A stretch of DNA of 64,000 nucleotides from Octopus sinensis. Its lineage: Eukaryota. The position numbers and the translations under genes are program-made. The notes beneath the pieces were generated by a model that was given only the letters and a program-made list of their open reading frames with translations, was not told the DNA's origin and did no database searches. The stretch spans positions 37,634,001 to 37,698,000 of the forward strand of contig NC_043010.1 of assembly GCF_006345805.1 (NCBI RefSeq). The letters are read 5' to 3'. This document shows positions 1 through 12,547 of this stretch, piece after piece. Every line of letters begins with the position of its first letter. Position 1 is the first letter of the stretch.

Positions 1-96
1 TATATATATACACATATAGATGTTGTAAGTAGGTATGTATATACACACACGCGCACACCTACATACACATACACACACACATATATATGTGTGTGT

Positions 97-137
<41 letters not shown>

Positions 138-253
138 GATGTATGTTTGTATGTATGGGGTGGGCTGCTGGGTCATCATCAGAGATCACCAGAGATTGTG
201 AGACCAAGAATTTGAGAGGAAACTCCAGCTGTGGGCTCTCTTTAGTGTTAAGC

Positions 254-293
<40 letters not shown>

Positions 294-1119
294 GAGAGGG
301 AGAGAGATTTGAAATTGATTTCTGGCTTTGTGGCCTTTTGCTCTTCTTCATTTCTTTCCTTCGTCTTCTTTCATCCTTTCGCTCTTCCTCACATTGCATC
401 CCACTCTCCCTCCCTTCCTTCCTTCCTTCCTTCAGATTCTTTTTATTGTTTTCCTTCCCTCATTAACACGCCACCTTATATTCACTTTCGTTTTACCACT
501 GTTCTGCCAAACCCACTCCCTCCCTCCCTCCCCCCTCCTTTCTCTGTCTCTGTCTCTCTATCTCTTTGTCTCTTTCATTCTCTGTCTCTCTCTTTACCCC
601 CCTTTCCCCCCCTCTTCACCTTCACCCCCTAGCTCACCGTTTCTCCATTCTTACGCCAACCCAAAATTCCTTCTCAGATAATTAGTAATGGATAGCTGTT
701 ATCTACACAACACCGACCGTTTCATTTCCACACACGTACACGCACACACACACACACACATACACACACACGCATACACACACATACACACAAACATACG
801 CACATAAACACAAACACACGCGCACACACATTTACGCTCGCACGCATTTAAACGTACACACGCTGCTCAGTTACGAGTACATATGTACATGTACACGCAT
901 GCGCGTATATATTTACAAAAATATATACACATGCACACGTTATACATACATGCATACATACATACATACATACATACATACCTATATGCATGCTTATATA
1001 CAATATATATATATATACATATACACAGACGCATATGTACATATGTATATATATATATATTCATAAATGAATGTATACATGGATACACACATTCACACAC
1101 ACACACACACACACACATA

Positions 1120-1194
<75 letters not shown>

Positions 1195-1406
1195 CAGTAT
1201 ATAGACGCGCACACAGACCCAAACACATAATTCTGCCACTTTAGTTTTCCTTACCATTTTCTTCCATCTCCAGACACAAAGGCGGGGCTGTGTTACTTTA
1301 GTTATCAGAACTTTAGACGATAAAGAAATGGAATGAAAATAGATGAAAAAACGAAAACAAAAAAAAAATTCCCTCCATCCAAAGGACTACGCGGGCGCGC
1401 GCGGCC

Positions 1407-1466
<60 letters not shown>

Positions 1467-2002
1467 CACTTTGAGCTGTAGTTGAATCAGGAGATTGGTG
1501 TAACGATGCATGGACAGACACTGTAGAACAACAAGACGATTATATTTTTGATACTTGAAGAATAATCTAGGAATGAAAATAAATAGAAGAATACATGTTT
1601 ATATTTAAACAAAATCAGAATGCGTCATCGGAAAGGCTCGGCTTGGCTTGGCCTGGCTTGGCTTACTATAGCGTGGACTGTCTGAATCATTACAAGAGCG
1701 TTGGACGAAAATATTCACCTTGTTTTGGCTCCGGTCTTTTCGGTTACGTTTTTGAGCTCAAATGAAATCGAGGTCAACTTTGCTGTTTCGTTCTTTCAGA
1801 GTCGGTAGAATAAAGTACCAACATTCAAGTACCAGGGCGGCAGCGACTGAGTCCTAACATACTCCCTCGATGCTAATGGAATTATACAAGGTGTCTCATT
1901 CGATGGAGCACATTTTAAATTCAAGGAACAAAGACCGGGGCAAAAGTATTTATTAAGCAATGTGTATAATACGAAACCAGGTTGTGGGAGTTCATAACAA
2001 GT

Positions 2003-2413
2003 CTTTTACTTGATTCAGTCATTAGGTTGCGGCCATGCTGGAGCACCGTCTTGAAGAATTAAATCGATCCCAGTACTTTTTTAAAGCTTGCTACTTATTC
2101 TGCTGGTCTCTTTTGTCAAACTGCTAAGTTGCAGAGACAGAAATACACCAACACCGGTTGTCAAGCGATGGTGGAATACACGCTCCCCCCCCCCACTCAT
2201 ACACACACACACACATACGCACGCACAAGCATACGCACACACATACAAGTACAATCGCGAGCACACACATACACATAGGAAGAGCTTCTTTCAATATATG
2301 TCTACTGAATCCACTTACTGTTAGAGACACATGTTCAAGGTACCACGCAGTGGGATTGAACCCAGAATCATGTGGTCGGAAGCAAGCTTTTTATCACACA
2401 GCCACACCTGCGA
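2003..2413 (-). mobile_element. SINE-A: tRNA-derived, CORE-like, internal microsatellite
   Basis: Head ggcgcaggagtggctgtgtgg, tail cagtcaaatgactgaaacaagtaaaaga; diverged copy. Confidence 0.8.
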
Positions 2414-3542
2414 CTATGCTCAAAGGTTGAATGCCGTATTCTTTCAGTGGCCACCATCTCCGAGGGAACATTCTCAGCTTCTTTCTGTCATGGTCGCCAT
2501 AGTAGGGTGCAGCACATCAGTTGGGATGGTTGTTGTCTCTCATGTTGGCGTTGCTTGTCTCATACGCATGATCACCTGACAGAAGAGTGCTTCACGCTTC
2601 TGGAAATGTCAGAAGAATGGAACTTCCACTCGCGAAGCATGCTTCCACAACGAAAACAAGTTGTGATGGTGTCTGTGGCGATATCATAAAGGATTAAAAA
2701 TTACAAACATTAATGACTTGGAAAAATAAGAAAACAAACGTTAACCCTCGAAGTTCGACATTTGAAATACAGTACTTTTAAAGATGGACAGTTTACCCAC
2801 AATCTCGATAATTACCAACAAAATGTGTTTTATTATTATGAGACGACGACCTGTATACTAGAAGTGAAATCAGAGGAGAGTAGCACAGATCAATGTTCCG
2901 ATATATAAAAAAAAAACTCGTTTGTGTGCGCACGAAGCGAGTTCGATAGATTCAGATGACATAAACTGCACATTAATTGCAGGTATGAACACCGTATTTC
3001 GCTATAGAAACCAAATATGCTACCAAGTGCTTTAAAGGCTTAATATTGTGACTTACCTGTGTGACGCTGAAGATAGAAAAATAACTCTTGAAATGTGGAT
3101 ATACACCAATTACCTATTTCTCTATTTTCGATTGCATTGTTTACATAGACGTATTTGCATACGAAACGTGAGTAACAAATTAGTGCAGGCTCTACTTGCA
3201 AATCCATAGAAATAACTTTAAAACGTGATAAAACTGCACATATTTATATAATGATTTCTCATTTAATCATAAGGCCAGCAAAATTGGTATAATGATAGTA
3301 TTAATCGATATCATTAACCCCAGCACTAGTATTTTAATTTTATTGATCCCTTGACGGGAATTGAACTCAGAAAACAATGAGCTGGAACAAATGTCATGAA
3401 GCATTTTTTTTTGATACTGTGACGATTCTGCCAGCCTCGTCCTCCTATATGCGTACATATGTACGCAAATACAAATTAGACGGTTCACTGCGTATCCATT
3501 TGAATGATTGAGAAGCTCTCGGTGGTTTTCCTGCACATATAT

Positions 3543-3740
3543 CGGCAGGAGAAAAGGTCCAGGTCTTTAGGTCTATGATGCCCTCTGTCCAGCTCTATAA
3601 GTTGTGAGACTTGGACACTGTCCGGGACCCTTTGGAGCCACCTGAACTCCTTTGGGACCAGGATGCTTCGCAGGATTATGAGTTACCATTGGTCGGATTT
3701 TGTAGCCAATCAAGTACTCTACTCAGAAACTGTTATGCAA
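3543..3740 (+). mobile_element. RTE-clade LINE fragment (post-RT region), frameshifted
   Basis: KVQVFRSMMPSVQLY / CETWTLSGTLWSHLNSFGTRMLRRIMSYHWSDFVAN matches the RTE LLYGCETW...RCLRRI...W.D.VSN motif. Confidence 0.75.
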
Positions 3741-3774
3741 AACAACAATAACAACATCAACAATGATATCAATA

Positions 3775-4182
3775 GTTTCAAATTTTGGCACAAGGCCAGC
3801 AATTTCGGTCGAAGGATATGTCGATTACATTGATCCAAGTGCTCAGTTGGTGCTTATTTCATCGACCCCGAAAGGGTGAAAGGTAAAATCGACATTGGCG
3901 GAATTTGAACTCAGAACATTAAGACGGACGAAATGCCGCAAAGCATTTTGTCCGACATGCTAATGATTCTGCCAGCTCACAGTTTTATTGTTAATAATAA
4001 TAATCCTTTCTACTATAGGCACAAAGCTTGAAATTTGGGGGAGGAGGTACTTAATTTATCGACCCCAAAAGGATGAAAGGTAAAGTCAACCTCGGCGGAA
4101 TTTGAACTCAGAACGTAGCGATGGGTGAAATACCGCCTTGCATTTGTCCGGTGTGCTAACGTTTCTGCCAGCTCGCCGCCTT
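3775..4182 (-). mobile_element. Two SINE-B copies (head ggcggcgagctggcagaaacg)
   Basis: gagttcaaattccgccgaggt...tttcatcctttcggggtcgataaattaagtacc; tail type ttgtgcctatagtagaaagga. Confidence 0.85.
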
Positions 4183-4495
4183 CATAATGATAATAATAAT
4201 AATAATTTATTCTTTTATTAGCCACAAGGGTTCACATACAAAACATTAAAAGACATGCAACGACATAAAAAAACAACAAAAATAGGGCGATGCAAAGGGT
4301 TTTTGCAGCGTGTAAACAATATAAATAACAATTAAAAATGAAACAAATTAAAATTCCCAATAGGGGAAGCGCTTTAAGGTCCCTGTGGAAAACCCCACAA
4401 AAGCCACGGGTACCTGAACAACAGGACAAGAGCCCTTCTCCTTTGATGCCCTTTTTACAGGTGCACGCTTAGAATTGGTCCTTTCACACTTGGTC

Positions 4496-4771
4496 CAGGT
4501 TGTGCCTCTAATATTAAAGTGTATTGGGAAGTGTAAGCAAAGATATAAGACAAATGGTTGGAGGAGATTGGAATAGAATGTCCTGTAGAGCTTCTACAGA
4601 AAATTTGCCTGTTAGGGACAGGAAAAGTTGTCAGGAGGGTTCTAACCACTTGAAACACTATTGAAAGCAAGTGGAAGCCTAAGGTTACAGGTAAGTAACC
4701 CGCTAGCCACATAAATCCTGCCAGGAAGAAGAACAAACCTGAGTCAAATCAATGATGATGATGATGATGAC
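4496..4771 (+). mobile_element. R4/Dong-like non-LTR retrotransposon 3' end
   Basis: QVVPLI...GSVSKD / WLEEIGIECPVELLQKICLLGTGKVVRRVLTT* resembles the LQK..LLGTARILRKVL terminus; short 3' UTR then (ATG)n tail. Confidence 0.65.
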
Positions 4772-4867
4772 GGTATATGTATGCTTATACATAGACACAC
4801 ATATATACATCTATGCTTGATACAGTTGTACACCACATTCCACGGCTCTCTCTCTCTCTCTCTCTCT

Positions 4868-4967
4868 NNNNNNNNNNNNNNNNNNNNNNNNNNNNNNNNN
4901 NNNNNNNNNNNNNNNNNNNNNNNNNNNNNNNNNNNNNNNNNNNNNNNNNNNNNNNNNNNNNNNNNNN
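4868..4967. other. Assembly gap
   Basis: 100 consecutive N following a (CT)n tract. Confidence 0.99.
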
Positions 4968-5259
4968 GATAGGCTGCAAACGCGATATTCAGAAGTACAC
5001 AAATGCAGTTTGTATTGTGCATAAAGCAATGCACATGTGGATAGATATTTATGCTTACGTGCACCTGTACACGTACAGGAATTTTCCAAAACGTATGTAG
5101 CTGAATAAAATGTATGCATGTATGTATGTATGTATGTATGTATGTATGTATGTATGTATGTATGTATGTATGTATGTACGTGCGTATGTATGTATGTATG
5201 TGTGAATGTGTGCAAGCATAGGGCTGTATGCGTATGTATGTATGTATATATGTATGTAT

Positions 5260-5765
5260 CTCTTTTACTCTTTTATTCTTTTACTCTTTTACTTGTTTCA
5301 GTCATTTGACTGTGGCCATGCTGGAGCACCGCCTTTAGTCGAGCAAATTGACCCCAAAACTTATTCTTTGTAAGCCTAGTACTTATTCTATCGGTCACTT
5401 TTGGCGTACCGCTAAGTTACGGGGGTCGTAAACACACCAGCATCGGTTGTCAAGCGATGTTGGGGGTACAAACACAGACACACAAACATATACACACACA
5501 TGCATACATACATACACACACACACACACAACACACACACACACAACACACACACACACACATATATATTTATATATATATATATACATACATACATATA
5601 TACGACGGGCTTCTTTCAGTTTCCGTTTACCAAATCCACTCAGAAGGCTTTGGTCGGCCCAAGGCTATAGTAGAAGACACTTGCCCAAGGTGCCAGGCAG
5701 TGGGACTGAACCTGGTACCTGTTGTTCGTAAGCAAGCTATTTACCACACAGCCACTCCTACGCCT
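5260..5765 (-). mobile_element. SINE-A full copy
   Basis: Head, ccttgggcaagtgtctt, microsatellite spacer, 3' body, (GTAAAAGA)n tail. Confidence 0.9.
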
Positions 5766-5954
5766 ATAATGTATGTTTGTGAATATATTAGGTATAATAT
5801 GAGATGTATGCATGTGTGTATATACAAGTGTGTTGTATATATATATTTGTATTTTATATAACATGCATATCTATGTAAACATACATATATGTGCATACAC
5901 ACACACATATATATATACATATTTACACATATATTCTTTTATTCTTTTTTTTTA

Positions 5955-6352
5955 TTTGTCTCAGTCATTTGACTTTGGCCATGCTGGAGCACCGCCTTCA
6001 GTCGACGAAATCGACTCTAGGATTTATTCTTTTTAAGCCTATTACTTATCCCATCGGTCTGTTTTGTTGAACCGCTAATTTACAGGGACATAAACACAAC
6101 AACATCGGTTGTCAAGCGATGATGGTGGTAAGATGGGGGGTGGTGGCAAACAGAGACACTCAAACATATACATAAATACGTATATATGTATATATACACG
6201 ACGGGCTTCTTTCAGTTTCCGTTTACCTTATCCACTCACAAGGCTTTGGTCGGCCCGAGGCTATAGAAGAAGACACTTGCACAAGGTGCCACGCAGTGGA
6301 ACTGAACCCGGAACCATGTGGTTGGAAAGCAAGCTACTTGCAACACAAACAC
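5955..6352 (-). mobile_element. SINE-A copy
   Basis: Same modules. Confidence 0.85.
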
Positions 6353-6358
6353 TGCTGC

Positions 6359-6414
<56 letters not shown>

Positions 6415-7324
6415 GTCTTTTTTCTTTTACTCGCTTCAGCCATGTGGCTGCGGCCATGCTGGAGCATCACCATGGGATATATATATATGTATGTATATAT
6501 TTATTAATTTATTATATGACGGAATGCACGCATCCATTTCTAAGTAAGATTGTTCTTAATATTAATAATGATGCGCACTCTTAACCTTTCTCTCCCCCTC
6601 CCTTTCTCAGCCTTCATTCTTTTGGTTTTCCTTTTCTTCTACCTTACTGTCTCTACCCCTCTCTCTCTCATTCTTCATTCTTTTCTTTACAACCATTCCC
6701 TTTTTTTTCTCTCCCTTTCTCTTACTCCTCCTCCTCCCTCCCGTCGTTGACCCGCGACGAGAACTCTACTACTGTCTTTCTGTCCTGCTGCCTTCAAGTA
6801 GAGACGGCACTTTCTGTTGCTCCTTCGCCGTTCTCAAAAATAGCGTTCGTAATATTTATCTCGTTCGGCTTAACAGCCCTTCTTGTTTGTGTTACTGTTA
6901 TTCTCCTTGTCTTGTCTTTTACTGTTATATTTTGTGTCTTTTACTGTTACTGTCTTTCTGTCCTGTTTTTTTACCATTTTTACCCCTCCGCAAAAAATCT
7001 CAAATTTTATTTTATTTGATTTTCGCGGGAAGGATTGTTTCATTAAAGTCATGTATCGCCTTGACCTTCGAAACGTGGAGTAGATGAAACAAAGGCGACT
7101 GAAGAAGGGGAATTTTCCTTGTATTGTATGTCCTGTACTCTATTTTTTCGTTGTTTAAGAAAAATGTCCATTTCCTTGGTTTTGTGTTTATGTTTTCGGT
7201 TCTCATTGTGTTCGACGTTTTTTTTTTGGTGTCCTGTACCCATATATGCATGTATGGTAGGTACGTACATATACGTATGTATACATGCATATGTTTTATT
7301 TATTAATTAATTTATTATATATAT

Positions 7325-7630
7325 AAACAATTGCAGCGTGGAAGGTGTTTATAAGCCATTTAAGAGACAGGCAAAACCGTTAGATTCACTTCAACATTTA
7401 AATTTAATTTGTCAAAATATTTTCGTCGCTTTGAGACCGCGACCTTTCACTGACAAAACTTTGTCAGTGAACAGGTCGCGGTCTCAAAGCGACGAAAATA
7501 TTTTGACAAATTAAATTTAAATGTTGAAGTGAATCTAACGGTTTTGCCTGTCTCTTAAATGGCTTATAAACACCTTCCACGCTGCAATTGTTTTCGTTCC
7601 AGCACACGATCTCAGATCAAGTCACTCGCT
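7325..7630. mobile_element. Penelope-like pseudo-LTR remnant in inverted (hairpin) arrangement
   Basis: Arms 7325-7457 and 7460-7593 identical except one indel; each arm holds a hammerhead-like motif; no ORF seen. Confidence 0.55.
7460..7510 (+). ncRNA. Minimal type-I hammerhead-ribozyme-like motif, variant core GUGAACA
   Basis: Stem I TTTGTCA/TGACAAA; core GTGAACA+G; stem II GTCGC/GCGAC; GAAA; palindromic stem III AAATATTT. Confidence 0.55.
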
Positions 7631-7649
7631 ATGCAAGTACATCTCCGTA

Positions 7650-7681
<32 letters not shown>

Positions 7682-7784
7682 TGTATATAAAAATACATGC
7701 ATACATGTATATATATATGTAAATATATATGCATATATATATATATATATGTGTGTGTGTATGTGTATGTATACCTGTATGTAT

Positions 7785-8266
7785 TCTTTATTCTTTTATT
7801 CTTTTACTTGTTTCAGTCATTTGACTGCGACCATGCTGGAGCACCGCCTTAGTCGAGGAAATCGACCCCAGGATTTACTCTTTGTAAGCCTAGTACTTAT
7901 TCTATTGGTATGTTTTTGCCGAACCGCTAAGTTACGGGGACTTAAACACGCCAGCATCGGTTGTCAAACGATGTTGGCGGTGGGGACAAAGACGGACACA
8001 CAAACACACACAGACACAGACACACACACACAGACACACACACACACACACACACACCACACACATATATATATATACATATATATATACATATACATAT
8101 ATACGACGGGCTTCTTTCAGTTTCTGTCTACCAAATCCACTCACAAGGCTTTAGTCGGCCCGAGGCCATAGTAGAAGACACTTGCCCAAGGTGCCACGCA
8201 GTGGGACTGAACCCGGAACCATGTGTTTCGTAAGTAAGCCACTTACCACACATCCGCTCCTGCGCC
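7785..8266 (-). mobile_element. SINE-A full copy
   Basis: Same modules. Confidence 0.9.
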
Positions 8267-8421
8267 GAATCTACTCTTATTATTTGATTCTTTTATGCTT
8301 AAGCCTTGAGGCTGCAGCCATGATGGGACACTGCCATCTGTGTATGTGTATACACACACATACGCACACACATACATATTTACGTATGTATGTATTCCTA
8401 TACAAATATATATATATATAT

Positions 8422-8453
<32 letters not shown>

Positions 8454-9164
8454 TGCATGCTTACACACACACACACACACGCACATATACTCCAGCGCAA
8501 TAAGTGTTATAACATGTCAGGAGAAATGCGTGTGCATATGTGCGCCTGTGTGTTTGTGTGGTAGTCATGAATGCGTATAACGCTCCTATCCTCTTTCCTC
8601 TTGTAAGCGTGATTGTGTGTGCGTGTGTGTGTCTGCGTGTGTGTGTGTGTGTCAAATAAGGAACTAGACTTCTTCTTTTCTCTGTGAATTCCTAGAATTC
8701 ATGTAGCAAGTGTTTCCTTGCCAGACCTTTGCAAAAAGATACATAACTTCGTCACGTAGCTGGCGAAGAAAGAAAGAAAGAAGGAAAGAAAGAAGGAAAG
8801 AAAGAAGGAAAGAAGGAAGGAAGAAAAGAAAGAAGAAAAGAAAGATGGAAAGAGACGAAGAAAAAAAAAAAAAGCAAGAAAGGAAGCGGGGCTGGGAGGG
8901 GAATTTGAAGGAACTGGAGACGGAAAAGGCGAAATGGAGACAAGGAACGGGTGAGGTGGATCTCTTGGCCTTAGTCTCCAATTATAATTCCATTCGCACC
9001 CGTATAATGATTATACTGTTTTTTTTCATATTAATTTAATTTTTTTTTGTAGCAGAGGTTCTTGACCCTCCTTTCGCGATTACAAATCCTCTACTCCACT
9101 AAGTATTGCTCAATATATGTCATCATACCCTCCTCGACAGACTGTCGAAAGCTTCATCATCAAC

Positions 9165-9377
9165 GTCTTCGTCGTCGTTGTCGTCGTCGTCGTTGTCGTC
9201 GTCGTCGTCATCATCATCGTCATCGTCATCGCTACCGCCGCCGTCGTCGGGGCCACCACCAAGACCACGACCACGACCACCACGACCACGACCACGACCA
9301 CCACCACGACCACCACTACCACCACTACCACTACCACCACCACCACCAACACCACAACCACGACCACCACGACCACC

Positions 9378-9409
<32 letters not shown>

Positions 9410-9413
9410 TACC

Positions 9414-9464
<51 letters not shown>

Positions 9465-9605
9465 GCGACCACGACGACGACGACCACGACGACGACGACG
9501 ACGACGACGCACACGACCACCACGACCACCACGACCACCACGACCACGACCACCACGACCACGACCACCGCCTCCACCACCACCACCACCACCACCATCA
9601 TGACC
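9165..9605. repeat. Compound trinucleotide/hexanucleotide repeat (GTC)n ... (ACC/ACG/ACCACG)n
   Basis: Direct inspection. Confidence 0.95.
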
Positions 9606-9789
9606 ATCACTAACTCCTCCCCACAGATGTAATATAGTCAACTTGAAATCCAGAAATTTTCAGTATGGAAGACACTTGGCGCTCAAATGATTTAGACTTA
9701 GACTCCGATGTCTTTACAGGAGATCAATTCCGCGGAGAAAAGAATGGCGATAAGAGGGATCAAGGTGAACAGGTACGGAAGTAGTTATA

Positions 9790-10050
9790 CATTTCAGTCA
9801 TTTGACTGCGTCCATGCTGGGGCACCGCATTTAGTCGAACAAGTCGACCCCAGGACTTATTCTTCGTAAGTCTAGTACTTGTGCTATCGGTATCTTTTGC
9901 CGAACCGCCAATTGACGGGGACGTAAATTCACCAGCATCGGTTGTCATGCGATGGTGGCGGGGACAAACACAGACACAAAACACACACACACACACATAA
10001 ACATATATTCATATATACGACGGGCTTCTCTCAGTTTCCGTCTACCAAAT
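9790..10050 (-). mobile_element. SINE-A, head truncated
   Basis: 3' body, spacer and part of the central domain. Confidence 0.85.
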
Positions 10051-10650
10051 CTATTCACATACAGCACCGCCAGTGAAAAATGATTTTGGGGCTCGTCCAG
10101 GATACACACGCACGCGTGCGCGCACACACACACATGTATATGTATGTAAGTATATGTATATGTATATATGTGTGTATATATATATATATGTATATGTATT
10201 TACATGCACTCACGCCCACACACATTTTAGAACATACATATCTGCTTTGTATGATAAAATTCCTTTAATATAGACATTGTTGTCGCAGATTTAATTAATT
10301 TTTAATTACTTTCACTAAAAAAAATGCTTCGTCTTTAGATGAGTTGAGAATTGTATTGTGCAACACACGTGCATCACACACACACACATACGGCCGTGCA
10401 CATGCACAGGCAAGCTCGTACACGCACATACATATAACCTCTCTTATCCAAATAATTTATTTTACATATTTTTATCTGTGAAGGTTTCTACTCAATTTTT
10501 CCTCTAAAATTACTGACGTCATTGATAACAAACACGATGACATTGCCTATCATTATCTCTCTTCTCACCCTCTGTTAAATATGTATGTTTGAATGTATGT
10601 ATGTGTGTATGCATGTATGTATGTATGTATGTGTGTATGTATGTATGTCA

Positions 10651-11198
10651 GGTCACTTTCGAGTGCTACTGGGAACATGTATCCCAGCACAACCTGTTGC
10701 ATGGGCGGCTCGTCAGCGACTGAACCTGCAACCCCACCAAGCTTGCTTAGTAAGGTGGGTGTTTATTGGACACCCTGCGGGATGAAAAACAAAACCCGTC
10801 AAAGGGCGGAGGAACTCTTGAGAGTCAGCGGCCATCCAATAAATGTCTTAAGGATGTATCATGCGCGGGGACATAGAAATAATCGGACTGAATACCCGAT
10901 CGCGCGGTTAAGCCGTTGGGAGTGAAGGACTCCTAGCCTTTGTTAGGGCATCCTTCTAGGAGAAGGTAACTTAGGTAACTGGGATAACTCCGAAATAAAA
11001 CCTGTGGCTCTGTGGTTACCGATGATGTTGACTTGTTCTTCTTTTCGGATTATGGCTGCTGTTGCTTAGTGAGTGGGATTGACTCAGTGCACAGCCTTTC
11101 CTCACTTTAAAAAAATCTTCTTGCATAGGCATTGCACGATAACAACATTGATTAAGCTTCGTGCAATGGCCATACGCGATAACGAGGGTGGCAGCCAC
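10651..11198 (+). mobile_element. Probable RTE-type LINE 5' UTR, embedded in (TGTA)n
   Basis: GC-richer block with gggcatccttctaggagaaggtaac...aaataaaacc, similar to RTE 5' UTR motifs; microsatellite on both sides; no ORF. Confidence 0.4.
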
Positions 11199-12547
11199 CA
11201 TGTATGTATGTATGTATGTATGTATGTATGTATGTATGTATGTATGTATGTATGTATGTATGTATGTATGAATGAATGCATGTATAACAATCTATTCCAA
11301 ATCGTTGTTAGAGTGTCTGCATAAGTAGACCGGTTTGTCTATACTGGCATCCAGTCGCATTAGTTATAATAAATGCTTTAACTGAAGAAGGTTTACGTAA
11401 TGGATGCATTACGCAAACCTGAAACGTGCGTATTAAATTATTTCAAAATATCATTGTGTGGTTTGACTGCATTAAAATGTTTGAATGAGTGAATGAAAGG
11501 TAATGTTATTACATATGTGGCATGTATTACATGTGGTATTGTATAAGCAACGTTCGTTTATAGAAACGTTTGTAACATCGATATTTGACTTCTCTTTTCC
11601 GCATTTAAATTATATATATATATACATACATACATACATACTTATGTATGTGTATGTGTGCGTGTGTATGTATATATGTATATGTATGTGTGTATGTCTG
11701 TGTGTGTGTTCGTGTGTGTGTGTGAGTTTGTGTGTGTGTGTGTATTCACTGATAGCAACGAACGAGAAAAGCACTGTGTAGGAAATATGAGTGCTATAGG
11801 TTATTCGGGATGATATTTGTGGCTAGATATGCAAGAGTTTTCACTACATGTTAATAGTTCCCAGACACGGAAAGATTATTTATACGAGCAGACACACCGC
11901 CTTCCGTACGATGTTTCTGCTAGTCGCTAAGTAATATTCACACGTATCATTCCCAATTCGCGTAATTTTCTATGTTACATCGAATTTCTCTTTGTGTCCT
12001 TTATTCAGCTAATAGTGCTCACTCGCTCAATAAATAAATTTCGAATAACAGCGTGACAGTGTTAGAATTTATGAAGAAATCATATCTGTTGGTTTAACTT
12101 AACCGTGTAAAAGTCCATTTTTACCTTTTTAAATTCAACTCACTGAGGTGAGTCATGCATTCAACCTTAACCTATTTACTTATAGCATTGTATGCATGTA
12201 TTTGTTCTTCAAGCAGAACAAGAAAAAAAATTGAAATTAAAGGTTGAAAATTCGGAAGACCAACATGTGTTTGTATCTCCCCATGTCTATACAAGAAATA
12301 TTGTTGTTCAGGAACATTCGTAGTGAATGTGAATAATAAATGCTTATTGTGCATATTTATAGCTTCTGCTTGGAATGAGTCAAATACGTTGTAAATATGC
12401 AGCGCTTGCATGAAGTAAACCTGCTTGAAAACCTTTAAAAAATACACCAAGCTTAGAGTGTCGTCAGGTTCTAAAGTTAGTGGGAGCGAGCACATACAAA
12501 GAGAGAATCCATGATAAATACAAACAATTTTCAACTCATTTCTTCTA

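Noticed and set aside
1634-1672. (GGCTT)n pentamer as an inverted partner of (AAGCN)n at 50933-50998
   Set aside because: Flanks are unrelated; independent short microsatellites
3066-3100. CTGAAGA...GAAA hammerhead-like spacing
   Set aside because: Stem II poor, and no stem I or cleavage triplet
6747-7019. Hydrophobic 90-aa ORF resembling a membrane protein
   Set aside because: Driven by T-rich low-complexity TTACTG/TTGTCT repeats; no Met start or splice support
9062-9641. His/Asp-rich, Thr-rich, Pro/Arg-rich and Val-rich ORFs resembling mucins or His-rich proteins
   Set aside because: The ORF track shows five overlapping frames open across a pure trinucleotide repeat; no splice or domain support
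12172-12534. 120-aa minus-strand ORF
   Set aside because: No recognisable motif; AT-rich, probably decayed TE or chance
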